The notes: generated by a model from the letters alone, not told the origin. A stretch of DNA of 63,747 nt, filler included, from Candidatus Rokuibacteriota bacterium (GCA_031406795.1; 5 parts of 5 records of this genome joined end to end with filler, not necessarily neighbours in it), one strand, 5' to 3'; positions 1 through 9,696 are shown, counted from the whole stretch's first letter. Translations and numbers: made by a program.

Positions 1-1028
1 AGGCGCAGGCGCTCGAGGCTCACGCCGATCAGGCGCACGCGCACGCGGCGGCCGATCGCGCCGAACATCAGTTCGCGGGCGAGCGTGAGCAGCTCGCCGT
101 CGCGGTCCGATGCGGCCGGCAGCGCGCGGCTGCGCGTGACGGTCCGGAAGTCCGAATAGCGGACCTTGACGGTGACGCCCCCGGCCTTCATGCCGGCCTT
201 GCGCAGCCGGTGCGCGGCCTTTTCGACGAGCCGGCAGATCGTGGCCTCGAGGACGACGGGGTCGGCGGTGTCCTCCTGGAAGGTCGTTTCGTGGCCGACG
301 CTCTTGCGTTCGCCTTCTTCGGCAACCGGCGACTCCGAGATGCCGCGCGCCTTGCGGGCCAGCTCCGGCCCGAAGGCGCCGAGCGCCGCTTCGAGGACCC
401 TGTCCGGGATCGAGGCCAGGTGCCCGATGCGGGTCACGCCGAGCCGCTCGAGCATCGCCCCGGTGACCGGCCCGACCCCGGGGAGCGCGCGCACCGGCAG
501 CGGCGCGAGGATCTCGGCCTCCGCGCCGGGAGGGATCCACATCACGCCCGCGGGCTTGGCCAGGCGCGAGCCGACCTTCGCCAGCAGCTTGTTCGCCGCG
601 AGGCCCGCCGACGACGGGAGCCCGAGCTCCGAGGCGATCTGCTCGCGAATGCGCCGCAGCAGCGGGAAGATCGCGCCGTGGAGCAGGTTGCAGCCGGAAA
701 AATCCAGGTAGAACTCGTCGATGGACGCGGCCTCGACCCCGGGCGCATGGCGGGCGAGGATCTCGCGCACCTTGTCGTGGTACTCGCCGTAGAGGTGGTG
801 GTGCCCGCGGGCGAAGATCAGCTCCGGGCAGAGCTCTTTCGCCCGCCGCGATGGCATCGCCGAGCGCACGCCGAAGCGCCGCGCCTCGTACGATGCGGAG
901 GCCACGACGCCGCGCCCGTCAGGGTCGCCGCCGACGACGACCGGCTTGCCGACCAGGGTTGGGTCGAGCAGGCGCTCCACGGACACGAAAAAACAGTCCA
1001 TGTCGAGGTGGACGATCCAGCGGGGCAT
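1..1028 (-). CDS. dinB: DNA polymerase IV (Y-family), 3' end truncated by window edge
   Basis: Manual translation from ATG at 1028: MPRWIVHLDMDCFFVSVE...GRGVVASASYEARRFGVRSAMP...ASIDEFYLD; absent from ORF track because there is no stop in the window. Confidence 0.95.
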   Translation of the reverse strand, partial: MPRWIVHLDMDCFFVSVERLLDPTLVGKPVVVGGDPDGRGVVASASYEARRFGVRSAMPSRRAKELCPELIFARGHHHLYGEYHDKVREILARHAPGVEAASIDEFYLDFSGCNLLHGAIFPLLRRIREQIASELGLPSSAGLAANKLLAKVGSRLAKPAGVMWIPPGAEAEILAPLPVRALPGVGPVTGAMLERLGVTRIGHLASIPDRVLEAALGAFGPELARKARGISESPVAEEGERKSVGHETTFQEDTADPVVLEATICRLVEKAAHRLRKAGMKAGGVTVKVRYSDFRTVTRSRALPAASDRDGELLTLARELMFGAIGRRVRVRLIGVSLERLR

Positions 1029-1050
1029 CTGCGTGTCGCCTGGGAAATGT

Positions 1051-1275
1051 TCATCGCTGCAGAAAATAGACCTCGCCCCTTTTGGCCTCGCCGAAACAGC
1101 GGGCGACCTCGCGCGCGAGCCTGCCGAGCGCGCGGGAGCACTCGCGCGCGGGGGCCAGCGGTCCCGGCAACAGGGCGGGCTCGTGACGGACCCGGATCAG
1201 CGTGCGCACGCGCGCCGGGGCCGGGGACGGCGGGGCAAAGTTGGGAAAAACGTACCGCGAAGACCGGTCGCTCAT
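1051..1275 (-). CDS. Small hypothetical protein (74 aa) between lexA and dinB
   Basis: ATG at 1275 is 2 nt after the lexA stop and preceded by GGAGG; MSDRSSRYVFPNF...EVYFLQR; fills the gap to dinB. Confidence 0.55.
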   Translation of the reverse strand: MSDRSSRYVFPNFAPPSPAPARVRTLIRVRHEPALLPGPLAPARECSRALGRLAREVARCFGEAKRGEVYFLQR

Positions 1276-1277
1276 TG

Positions 1278-1901
1278 CTAAAACCTCCTCACGACGCCGA
1301 TGACTTTTCCCGCGACCCTGAACTCCGGGTCCCCGTCCCAGACCCGGATCGGGTCGAGGGCCGGGTTCTCCGGCTGCAGACGCCAGGTGCCCTCCTCGTG
1401 GAAGAGGCGCTTCACGGTGGCCTCCCCGGCGACGTAGGCCACGCCGATCTCCCCCGAGGTGATCTGCTCCTGATGGCGCACGACGACAAGGTCGCCGTCG
1501 TTGATGCCCGCGCCGATCATGCTCTCGCCGCTGACCTTGAGCAGGAAGGTGCCCTCGCCGCGCCCGAACAGTTCGTTGAGGTCGACATAGCCCTCGAAGT
1601 TCTCTTCCGCGAGCACGGGTGCGCCCGCGGGGACCACGCCGAGCAGCGGCCAACCCCGCGGTGTCGTGGCGGCGACCGCCCGCAACGAGGGGGAGAGGCT
1701 CAGCGCCCGCGACTTGACGCCCGTGCGCTTGAGAAACCCCTTGCGCTCGAGCGCAAGCACGTGATCCCGCGCTGCGTTCGGGGAGGCGAGCCCGAAGCGT
1801 TCGGCGATCTCCTTGAGCGTGGGGGGAAACCCCTCGTCACGCACCCCCGCGACGATGAAGTCGAGAATCTCTTCCTGCCGCTTCGTCAGTCCCTTCGCCA
1901 T
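1278..1901 (-). CDS. lexA: SOS repressor LexA
   Basis: LTKRQEEIL, PPTLKEIA..SPNAARDH HTH; VPAG cleavage site; GESMIGAGI (Ser) and ATVKR (Lys) S24 motifs. Confidence 0.97.
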   Translation of the reverse strand: MAKGLTKRQEEILDFIVAGVRDEGFPPTLKEIAERFGLASPNAARDHVLALERKGFLKRTGVKSRALSLSPSLRAVAATTPRGWPLLGVVPAGAPVLAEENFEGYVDLNELFGRGEGTFLLKVSGESMIGAGINDGDLVVVRHQEQITSGEIGVAYVAGEATVKRLFHEEGTWRLQPENPALDPIRVWDGDPEFRVAGKVIGVVRRF

Positions 1902-1950
1902 CTCTTCCTGCCCTCCCGCCTTCGACTACTGGATGCATGACACTGTGTTT

Positions 1951-1979
1951 AATATACTGATAACAGTTACAGTAGTCAA
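1951..1979 (-). promoter_or_regulatory. Sigma70 promoter of lexA (TTGACT-N17-TATATT) with LexA box TACTG-N10-CAGTA at 1955-1974
   Basis: Minus strand reads TTGACT actgtaactgttatcag TATATT; TACTGATAACAGTTACAGTA covers the spacer. Confidence 0.85.
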
Positions 1980-2068
1980 GCGAAACGTCGCCGCTCTGCC
2001 GAAGGCCGGGGTGAAGATGCAGGCCGGGTGCGACCGGCAGGGTGCGGCGGGGCGAAACGAGTGCGCCC

Positions 2069-2347
2069 TCAGGGGAGAGGGCGTTTTGCGATATAGGCTT
2101 CCTTCGCGCTTCTCGAGAGCGATTTCACGCGGTGTTCCTTCTTCAGCGCGCCCGACTTGTCGCGGCAGCCCTCGCAGTACACCAGTTCCACCGGCAGACG
2201 GCTGCGGGTATAGCGCGAAGCCGTTCCGCTGTTGTGCTGAGCGATCCGGCGCGGGAGATCATTGGTGATGCCCGTGTACAGGCTGCGATCCGCGCACTTG
2301 ACGAGATAGAGAAACCAGCCCCGCCGCCGGAGAGCACCCGCCCGCAC
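2069..2347 (-). CDS. GIY-YIG nuclease family protein (UPF0213/YhbQ-like)
   Basis: WFLYLVKCADRSLYTGITNDLPRRIAQHNSG..YTRSRLPVELVY. Confidence 0.9.
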   Translation of the reverse strand: MRAGALRRRGWFLYLVKCADRSLYTGITNDLPRRIAQHNSGTASRYTRSRLPVELVYCEGCRDKSGALKKEHRVKSLSRSAKEAYIAKRPLP

Positions 2348-2350
2348 GGG

Positions 2351-2716
2351 TCAATCCAGCAGGTTCTTGACGCTCCGGGCGAGCAATTCTCCGGAGCAGG
2401 GTTTTTCGAGGTAGTCGTCGGCGCCCACCTCGAACCCCACGAGTCGGTCGGACTGGGTGTTCCTGGCCGTGACCATGATGATTTTCGTGTCTTTGGTCCC
2501 CGGGTAGTTCTTGAGCTTCCTGCAAATCGACCGGCCGTCGAGGAGGGGCATCATCAGATCCAGAATGATCAGCGCCGGCCGCTCTTCAACGGCCATGACG
2601 AGGGTGTCGACGCCGTCGTAGGCGTGGAGATACTCGTACCGGTCACCGAGGAAGCCGGTGTAGACCTCGTGGGAACAGCGGCTGTCGTCGGCGATGAGAA
2701 TCTTTTTTTTCGGCAT
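2351..2716 (-). CDS. Single-domain response regulator receiver
   Basis: ILIADD, IILDLMMPLLDG, IIMVTA, GADDYLEKP. Confidence 0.9.
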   Translation of the reverse strand: MPKKKILIADDSRCSHEVYTGFLGDRYEYLHAYDGVDTLVMAVEERPALIILDLMMPLLDGRSICRKLKNYPGTKDTKIIMVTARNTQSDRLVGFEVGADDYLEKPCSGELLARSVKNLLD

Positions 2717-2805
2717 CTGCTCTGCGCTCGCATCCTTTCGGGGGAGTCCGGCCGCGCCGGCGGTTGTCAGCGCCTGGAGGGTCACGGCTTGTCGCGAAGA
2801 ACGAT

Positions 2806-2905
2806 NNNNNNNNNNNNNNNNNNNNNNNNNNNNNNNNNNNNNNNNNNNNTTAATTAATTAANNNNNNNNNNNNNNNNNNNNNNNNNNNNNNNNNNNNNNN
2901 NNNNN
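2806..2905. other. Artificial contig linker (N-run with TTAATTAATTAA)
   Basis: 100-nt N spacer with six-frame stop linker. Confidence 0.99.
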
Positions 2906-3119
2906 CAACGATTCCGCAACAAGGAGGTCGGGCGACCGCGGCGACCGGCTCAAGTTGTTACTTCGTATCGGATTCCGGCTGGCTCACGCAGCGGCGTGCC
3001 CTCGGGAGCATTTTCGGGAGGCTTTTTCCAGGTCCAGGCGGACTGCGGAGGGACTTATCCCTGCGCCCTTGGCTGGAGGGCGCTGGCGCTGGTAGTGTGG
3101 CGCGCCGGAGCGGAGATGG

Positions 3120-4362
3120 TCAGGGGCTGCCCCTGGTTCTTGTCAGCCAGGGGGCGGACCAGAGGGGTGAGACAAGATCGGCGTAGAACTCGCGAGCGAT
3201 GGCGATCAGCGTCAGGCGTTTGCGGATTTCGGGTTTGAGGTTGCGCAGATAGAAGCTCTGGATCAGGACGAAAGCGATAAAGAGCGTCAGGACGAAGTTC
3301 TGGATGGCAACAGGATGGTGTTTGAAGCAGTGATTGAGCGCCCAGTGGGTGGCCAGGGTGTTGAAGAGATCGTTTTCGATGTCCCAGCGACGGTGGCCTA
3401 CGGTGCAGAGCTGCGGTGCCGGCAGAACGGCGGATGGGATCGTCGTCTGCCACCACCAACTGTGCTCTTCGGCCTGGACCTCCCAGCGGCCCGCGATGCG
3501 GTGACGTTTGTTCTCGCTCTCCTGGGTGTGCAACACCCGCAGGGGAACCCGGATTCCCGCAGCGGATTCGAAGCCTTCTTCATCCCAGTACGCAATGGTC
3601 TTCTTCCCATCTTGATAGAGCTTCGGCCTCTGGTGCTGGAACAATCCTTGCGCATCGAGCAGGAGATTTCGCTTGTCGCCCTTGAGAACGGTGACCACAT
3701 GTTTGCCCAGCTCGAGGCACAGGTTGATAAAGGGCGCCTGAAAGTAGAGGGCATCGGCCACAAAGGCGTCGAAGAATCGGGGATAGTTCTCACAGACGCG
3801 CCGCACGAGTCGGCCGGCCGCCCCCACCTCATCCTCCCCAGGCTGGATCATCTCCAAGTCCAGGGGCGCTGCCAGGTCAAAGCCGATGAGATGGCAGACC
3901 ACTGCCCGGTGGTAGTACTCCGTTACCTCACGGGCGTTAACCGTGATCGTGCGCTGGTTGCACGCCGGACAGCAACGGTGCCTGCTGGGAAAAAAATTCA
4001 TGGCCGTCTATGGCCGCAAAGCGCAGGGTCCAGCGTTTGACAAAGACCTTGTTGCGTCCGAGACGGTGATTGATCTTGCACAGCATGGTGCGCAGGATCT
4101 GCGGGTCGATCTGCGCTGCGACCCTGCCGATGGTGTCGGCGCTCGGTTTGATCGGTCCGACCAATCTCTCCAGTCGCCGCGATGGCCGCAGTGCCGACTC
4201 GATGGCATTGAGACTGCCGCATCGAAGCACCGACATGGCAAAGGCGCTTCCCCAGATGGCCGTTGCCGGAATCTGCGGCTTGCGCCGCGAATCCCGCACC
4301 GTAGCCAGCAGCGCTCCGAAATCGAAGAGCTTCTCCAAATAGCGGCTAAACCGGGCGAGCAT
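3120..4362 (-). pseudogene. DDE transposase (IS4/ISAs1-like DDE_Tnp_1 fold), split by a 1-nt frameshift at about 3987-3996
   Basis: N-part MLARFSRY..DSRRKPQIP..PSADTIGR..AAIDGHEFF continues in another frame as SRHRCCPAC..FVADALY..RRWDIENDLFNTL; the break lies in a T7C3 run. Confidence 0.8.
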
Positions 4363-4732
4363 CGGGAGCCGACCTCCGGCGGCGCACTGGGGAAGGCGCC
4401 TGCTTTGCCGCCTTCTCCTTGAGAAACCGCTCCAGATACTCCTGGAGCATCTTCTCCCACAGGGCGGCGGCCTCCCGATAGTCTCCCGCCCAGGTGCGCA
4501 CCTCCTCCTCCAGGGCCGGCGGCACGTATACCATCTTGCGGCTGCGGCCAACCTTGATGGAGAGGTACAAGGAAACGTGCTTCAACCCCTTGGCGCACTT
4601 GCAGCTCTTCTTCCCGCAGGTCCGAGCCATCGTGACCAAGCCGGCCCGCATCATGGGACGGCTCTGCAGCAGGCTGGTCAGACGAGAGCGTGCTCTACTT
4701 CCGGCGGCGGACAAATAGGCAGAGTGGGTCAT
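4346..4732 (-). CDS. DUF6788-like Cys/His protein, IS accessory gene
   Basis: RTCGKKSCKCAKGLKH..LYLS..RKMVYVP; overlaps the transposase start. Confidence 0.75.
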   Translation of the reverse strand: MTHSAYLSAAGSRARSRLTSLLQSRPMMRAGLVTMARTCGKKSCKCAKGLKHVSLYLSIKVGRSRKMVYVPPALEEEVRTWAGDYREAAALWEKMLQEYLERFLKEKAAKQAPSPVRRRRSAPDARPV

Positions 4733-5010
4733 GTCCTTCCTCCTCTAAGTGTCTGATATTCTTACGCATATCAGATTGCCAGCTAAAAGTCAACCCCCAT
4801 GCGAATGCGAATTTGCTCCAAGGGCGGGGGGGCGGGTTAACCCCTTGGATTGCCTACAGACCTACCTCGGCAAATTTCTAGTTGCGGAACCGCTGGGCAG
4901 CACGCCGGCCGTCGCGACGTTTCGGGGCGCCGCCGCTTGATCGGGAGGGTGCACTCCGGTATGTTCGAAGACGATGCGGGGCTGCCGCAGCCCGCGGACG
5001 AGGAGGAAAC

Positions 5011-6360
5011 TTGCGACAGGAACGTTGGCTGCCGATGATTGCCCTCACGGCGCTGCTCGCGGCGACCCCGGGCGCGGCGGCCGCGGGCGAGATCCCGCTG
5101 ACGCTGGAGGAGGCGATCGGCATCGCGCTGCGCAATCACCCCGCGCTCGCGGCCGCCGCGGGGCGCGAGAACGGGGCCTGGGCGGCGCACGACCGGGCGG
5201 CCGCCGAGCGCTGGCCGCAGCTGCGGCTGGAGTCGCGACTCGCTCACCTGAGCGAGGTTCCCGCGACCGAGATACCCGGCCGCGAACCGGTGCCTCTGGC
5301 GGAGCGCGACACCTGGGTCACCTCCGCCTCCCTGCAGCAACTCGTGTATTCCGGCGGCAGGGTCAGCGCCGCGGTCCGCCAGTCGGGGCGCGGCGCACAG
5401 GCCGCCGGCGATGCGCGGCTGAGGACGCGGCAGTTGGTCGCCCACGGGGCCGAGCGCGCGTTCCGCGTGCTGCTGGCCACCCAGGAGGAGATCGGCGTCG
5501 CCGCGTTGAACCTGGCCGCGGCCGAGAACCATCTGCGCGTCGCCGGGGAGCGGTATGCGGCGCGCGCGGCGGCACGGTTCGACGTGTTGCGCGCCGAAGT
5601 GCAGGCCGAGGAGGCGCGCCAGGAGGTGATTCGCGCCGACGGCAACCTCATGGCGGCCCGCGCCCTGCTCCTGCAGGCCCTGGGGCTGCCGAGCGGCGAA
5701 CACCGGGCCCTGCCCCCGGAGCCGGCGGCGCTGCCACAGCCGGGGGTCGACGAACTCCTCGCCGCGGCCGAGCGGGACCGCCCCGACCTTCGTGGCCTGG
5801 CGCGCCAACTCGCCGCCGCCGATGCCGGGGTGGCCGCCGCGCGCGCCGAGCGCTACCCGACGCTCGCGCTGGCCGCGGACTACCAGCTGGTCACACCCGA
5901 GTCCACGACGGTCTTCACGCGCTGGTCGCTCGGCGCTCTCGTGAGTCTGCCGCTGCTCGACGGCGGCCGCGCCGGCGCGCGGCGGCGTGAAGCCGTGGCC
6001 GCCGTGGTGCAGGCGGGCGCCGCGTTCGCGCAGGGGCGTCGCCAGGTGGAGGCGGAGGTACGGCAGGTCGTCGCCCGGGTCGCCACCGCGGCGGCCCAGG
6101 TGCGCGTCGCGCAGCGGCAGGTCGAACAGGCCGAGGAACTCGCGCGGCTCGCCGACGTGCGCTTTTCGGGGGGGGTCGGCACGGCCACCGAGGTTGCCGA
6201 CGCCAAAGGGAGTCTCGCCCGCGCGCGCTACGGCCTGGTGCGCGCCCGGGCCGAGCGCGGGATCGCCGACGCCGAACAGGCGCTCGCGGTCGGGTCGGTG
6301 CCGACCGAGGCGCCCGCGGAGCGAACGCAGCCGGCGACAGCAGGGGGGACGAAGCAATGA
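5011..6360 (+). CDS. TolC family outer membrane efflux protein
   Basis: Signal peptide, LTLEEAIGIALRNHP, two OEP repeats; TTG start after GAGGAGG. Confidence 0.9.
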   Translation: MRQERWLPMIALTALLAATPGAAAAGEIPLTLEEAIGIALRNHPALAAAAGRENGAWAAHDRAAAERWPQLRLESRLAHLSEVPATEIPGREPVPLAERDTWVTSASLQQLVYSGGRVSAAVRQSGRGAQAAGDARLRTRQLVAHGAERAFRVLLATQEEIGVAALNLAAAENHLRVAGERYAARAAARFDVLRAEVQAEEARQEVIRADGNLMAARALLLQALGLPSGEHRALPPEPAALPQPGVDELLAAAERDRPDLRGLARQLAAADAGVAAARAERYPTLALAADYQLVTPESTTVFTRWSLGALVSLPLLDGGRAGARRREAVAAVVQAGAAFAQGRRQVEAEVRQVVARVATAAAQVRVAQRQVEQAEELARLADVRFSGGVGTATEVADAKGSLARARYGLVRARAERGIADAEQALAVGSVPTEAPAERTQPATAGGTKQ

Positions 6361-7556
6361 GGAAGCCGAATCCGAGGCTCGTGGTTCCCATGCTGCTGGT
6401 GCTCGCGGTCGGCGCAGCGGGCCTCTGGTACGCGGCGGGCCGGCGCAACCATGTGGCGCCGGGGACACTCTCCGGCAACGGGACGATCGAGGCGACCGAA
6501 GTCGAGGTCGGCGCCAGGATCTCCGGCCGGTTGCTGACGGTCGTGCCCCGCGAGGGCGACGCGGTACGCCGCGGGCAGGAGCTGGCGACGCTCGAGGCCG
6601 CCGAACTCGAGGCGCAGGCGGCCCAGATCCGCGGCAATCTGGCGGCCGCCGAGGCGGCGTTCGCCGATGTCGGCGCCGGGACGCGCGTCGAGGAGATCCG
6701 CCGTCTCAAGGCCCAGGTGCAGGCCGCGCGCGATGCGCAGGCGCAGGCGCAGGCGCGCATGGACCTGCTGCGCGCCGGCACCCGCCCCGAACTGCTGGCG
6801 CAGGTGCAAGCGGGGGTGCAGCAGGCCCAGATCGCCCTCGATGACGCGCAGCGGGACTTCGAGCGCACCGGCCGGCTCGCAGGCGAGGGTGCGGTCGCCG
6901 GGCGCGATCTCGACGTGGCGACGGCCCGCCGCGACGCCGCGGCCGCGGGGCTCGACGCCGCCGGGAACCGGCTTGCCGAAGCGCAGGCCGGCGCGCGGCC
7001 GGAGGAACTCCGCGGCGCCGCGGCCGCCGGCGCCCAGGCCGCTTCCCAGCTGCAGGCGGCGCAGGCGACGCTCGATCTCGCGGTTGCCGGTCCGCGCCGC
7101 GAAACGCTTCGGGCCGCCGAAGCGCGCGTGGAGGCCGCGCGGGGGGCCGTCGCGGTCGCCGAGGCGCTGCTGGCGCAGACGCGGATCGCGGCCCCTTCCG
7201 ATGGCCGGGTGACGCTGCGAAACGCGGAGCCGGGCGAGGTGGTCACCCCGGGCTTTCCGATCGTTCGCATCGCCGATCTCGCGCGGGTGCGGGTGCGGGT
7301 GTACCTCCCGGGACCCCAGATCGGCCGGGTGCGGACCGGCCAGCGCGCGGCGGTCAGCGTCGACGCGTTTCCCGGCCGCATCTTCGCCGGCGTCGTTACG
7401 CAGATCGCCGAGAAGCCCGAGTACACGCCGAAGAACGTCCAGACGCGCGAGGAGCGCGCGAAGCTCGTCTACGGCGTCAAGATCGAAGTCGAGAACCCTG
7501 GCGGGGAACTCAAACCGGGCATGCCTGCCGACGCCGTGATCACGCTCGGCGACTGA
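6357..7556 (+). CDS. HlyD family efflux membrane fusion protein (YbhG-like)
   Basis: SGNGTIEATEVEVGARISGR, long helical hairpin, EYTPKNVQT..LKPGMPAD. Confidence 0.92.
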   Translation: MRKPNPRLVVPMLLVLAVGAAGLWYAAGRRNHVAPGTLSGNGTIEATEVEVGARISGRLLTVVPREGDAVRRGQELATLEAAELEAQAAQIRGNLAAAEAAFADVGAGTRVEEIRRLKAQVQAARDAQAQAQARMDLLRAGTRPELLAQVQAGVQQAQIALDDAQRDFERTGRLAGEGAVAGRDLDVATARRDAAAAGLDAAGNRLAEAQAGARPEELRGAAAAGAQAASQLQAAQATLDLAVAGPRRETLRAAEARVEAARGAVAVAEALLAQTRIAAPSDGRVTLRNAEPGEVVTPGFPIVRIADLARVRVRVYLPGPQIGRVRTGQRAAVSVDAFPGRIFAGVVTQIAEKPEYTPKNVQTREERAKLVYGVKIEVENPGGELKPGMPADAVITLGD

Positions 7557-7685
7557 GGCGCTACTCTGAGGAATCATCGCGAAACCAAGCGAGGAATTGC
7601 AGGTGTTCATCCCGAATCGAAAAAAGGGAAACCGTGCAAAAGCCTCTCTAGTCTCGCGGGTGAAGCGCCCGCACTAGCGCCGCTG

Positions 7686-9692
7686 ATGGAGCAGCCGATG
7701 ATCCTCGCCCGGGGGCTGCGCAAGTCCTTCGGCGCCACGGCCGCCGTCGACGGCCTCGATCTCGCGGTCGGCCGCGGCGAGATCTTCGGCCTGGTCGGGC
7801 CGGACGGTGCCGGCAAGACGACGGCAATCAGGCTGCTCTGCGGCATTCTCGACGCCGACGCCGGGGAGGCCGCGGTCGCCGGTTTCGATCTGCGACGCGA
7901 GCCCGAGGCGGTCAAGCTGCGGATCGGCTACATGTCGCAGCGTTTCTCGCTCTACGGCGATCTCACCGTGGCGGAGAACCTGCGCTTCTTCGCGCGCCTC
8001 TTTCAGGTGCCGCGCGAGGAGCGTCGGCGCAAGCAGGACGAACTGCTGGAGTTCGCGCGGCTCGGGCCGTATCGCGACCGCCTCGCGCAGAACCTCTCCG
8101 GGGGCATGAAACAGAAACTCGCGCTCGCCTGCACGCTGATCCACACCCCGGAGGTCCTGTTCCTCGATGAACCGACGACCGGAGTCGACCCGGTGTCGCG
8201 CCGCGATTTCTGGAAGATCCTGTACGACCTCCTCCGCGCGGGGGTGACCGTCCTGGTGAGCACGCCGTACATGGACGAAGCCGAACGCTGCGGGCGCGTC
8301 GCGTTGATGGACCGCGGCCGCATCCATCTCTGCGACACCCCGGCCGCTCTCAAGGGGCGTATGCAGGGCCGCCTGCTCGAACTGGTGGCGACCCCGCAGC
8401 GGCTGGCCCGGGACGTCCTGGCCCGGATGCCCGGCGTCTGCGGTATCCAGGTCTTCGGCGACCGGCTGCACGTCTGGGTGCGCGAGGAGGGCCTCGACGA
8501 AGGCGCGGTCTGCGCGCACCTGGCGGGCCACGGCATCATCGCCTGCGAGTCGCGGCGCGTGGCGCCCGGTCTCGAGGACGTCTTCGTCTCGCTCCTCGCC
8601 GCCCCCCGGGACACCAACCAGGGTGACAGTAGTTCTCGCCCCCCCAAAAAGCCCCTGCTAGAGCCGGAGGGGTGGCGCGAAGCGGGGGGTGCGCAGCGAC
8701 CACCCCGGCGGCGGGGTGGCAGGCAGGACCCCGCAGGCGACGCACGGTCTGCGGGGCCGGCCGTCGAAGTCGAGGGCCTCGTCAAGCGCTTCGGCGCCTT
8801 CACCGCCGTCGACGGCATCAGCTTCTCGGTGCCGCGCGGCGAGATCTTCGGCTTTCTCGGCCCCAACGGCGCCGGCAAGTCGACCACGATCAGGATGCTG
8901 TGCGGCATCCTGCTGCCGACCGCGGGGCGCGGTGCGGTGGCCGGCCTGGACATCGTGCGCCAGTCCGAGGGCATCAAGACCCGCATCGGCTACATGAGCC
9001 AGCGCTTCTCGCTCTACGACGATCTGACCGTCGCCGAAAATATCGAGTTCTTCGCCGGGATCTACGGGGTGGAGCCGCGGCGGCTGGCGGAGCGCCGGCG
9101 CTGGATCCTCGCCATGGCGAATCTCGAGGGGCGCGCCGACAGCCCGGCCCGTGAGCTCTCCACCGGCTGGAAGCAGCGCCTGGCCCTGGGGTGCGCCGTG
9201 GTGCACGAACCGCGGATCCTCTTCCTCGACGAGCCGACCTCCGGCGTCGACCCGCTCTCCCGGCGCGATTTCTGGGAGCTGATCCACACCGTGGCGGGGG
9301 AGGGCGTGACGGTTTTCGTCACCACGCACCTCATGGACGAGGCCGAGCACTGCGACCGGCTCGGGATGATCTACGGCGGGCGGCTCGTGGCGCTCGGCAG
9401 CCCGCGCGAGCTCAAGGAGGGCCTGAGCGAGGGGGTCCTGCTCGAAGTGCGCGCCGAGCCGCTGATGCTCGCGCTCGCCGCTGCCGCCCGGGCGCCCGGC
9501 GTGCGCGAGGTGGCGGTTTTCGGCTCGGGTTTGCACGTGATCGCCGTCGATGCCGCTGCCGCCGGCCCGCTGCGCGAAACGCTGGCTGCCGCCGGCGTCC
9601 GCGTGGACGGGATCGCGCCGATCCGCCCGACGCTCGAGGACGTCTTCGTTTCGCTCGTCGAGCGCGCCGATCGCGCCGCCGCGGGGGACTGA
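7686..9692 (+). CDS. ABC transporter ATP-binding protein with two ATPase domains (YbhF-like)
   Basis: GPDGAGKTT/LSGGMKQ/LDEPT and GPNGAGKST/LSTGWKQ/LDEPT. Confidence 0.93.
   Translation: MEQPMILARGLRKSFGATAAVDGLDLAVGRGEIFGLVGPDGAGKTTAIRLLCGILDADAGEAAVAGFDLRREPEAVKLRIGYMSQRFSLYGDLTVAENLRFFARLFQVPREERRRKQDELLEFARLGPYRDRLAQNLSGGMKQKLALACTLIHTPEVLFLDEPTTGVDPVSRRDFWKILYDLLRAGVTVLVSTPYMDEAERCGRVALMDRGRIHLCDTPAALKGRMQGRLLELVATPQRLARDVLARMPGVCGIQVFGDRLHVWVREEGLDEGAVCAHLAGHGIIACESRRVAPGLEDVFVSLLAAPRDTNQGDSSSRPPKKPLLEPEGWREAGGAQRPPRRRGGRQDPAGDARSAGPAVEVEGLVKRFGAFTAVDGISFSVPRGEIFGFLGPNGAGKSTTIRMLCGILLPTAGRGAVAGLDIVRQSEGIKTRIGYMSQRFSLYDDLTVAENIEFFAGIYGVEPRRLAERRRWILAMANLEGRADSPARELSTGWKQRLALGCAVVHEPRILFLDEPTSGVDPLSRRDFWELIHTVAGEGVTVFVTTHLMDEAEHCDRLGMIYGGRLVALGSPRELKEGLSEGVLLEVRAEPLMLALAAAARAPGVREVAVFGSGLHVIAVDAAAAGPLRETLAAAGVRVDGIAPIRPTLEDVFVSLVERADRAAAGD
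8669..8733 (+). repeat. Dispersed ~65-bp hairpin repeat, copy 1 (inside ABC ATPase linker)
   Basis: GGGGTGGCGCGAAG..GCAGCGACCACCCC.GCGGCGGGGTGGCAGGCAGGACCCCG, nearly identical to 37756-37819. Confidence 0.85.
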
Positions 9693-9696
9693 AATC

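Larger units (their letters stand above)
2906..4820 (-). mobile_element. Two-gene insertion sequence (DUF6788-like + DDE transposase); ends approximate
   Basis: Less GC-rich than the flanking operon; two coupled genes; contig begins just past the transposase 3' end. Confidence 0.55.

Noticed and set aside
210-1940. Long ORF-track calls such as 210-1940, 29284-32661, 32913-35390 and 55849-57975
   Set aside because: Antisense or alternate-frame shadows of recognisable genes in high-GC DNA.
2806-2905. Repeated TTAATTAATTAA palindrome within N-runs (four places)
   Set aside because: Artificial contig-joining linker, not biological; cross-linker gene adjacency is meaningless.
2906-4820. Possible IS terminal inverted repeats (AACGATTCCGCA near 2907 vs AGCAAATTCGCA near 4817)
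   Set aside because: Only 8/12 match and one end is at the contig edge; cannot be supported.
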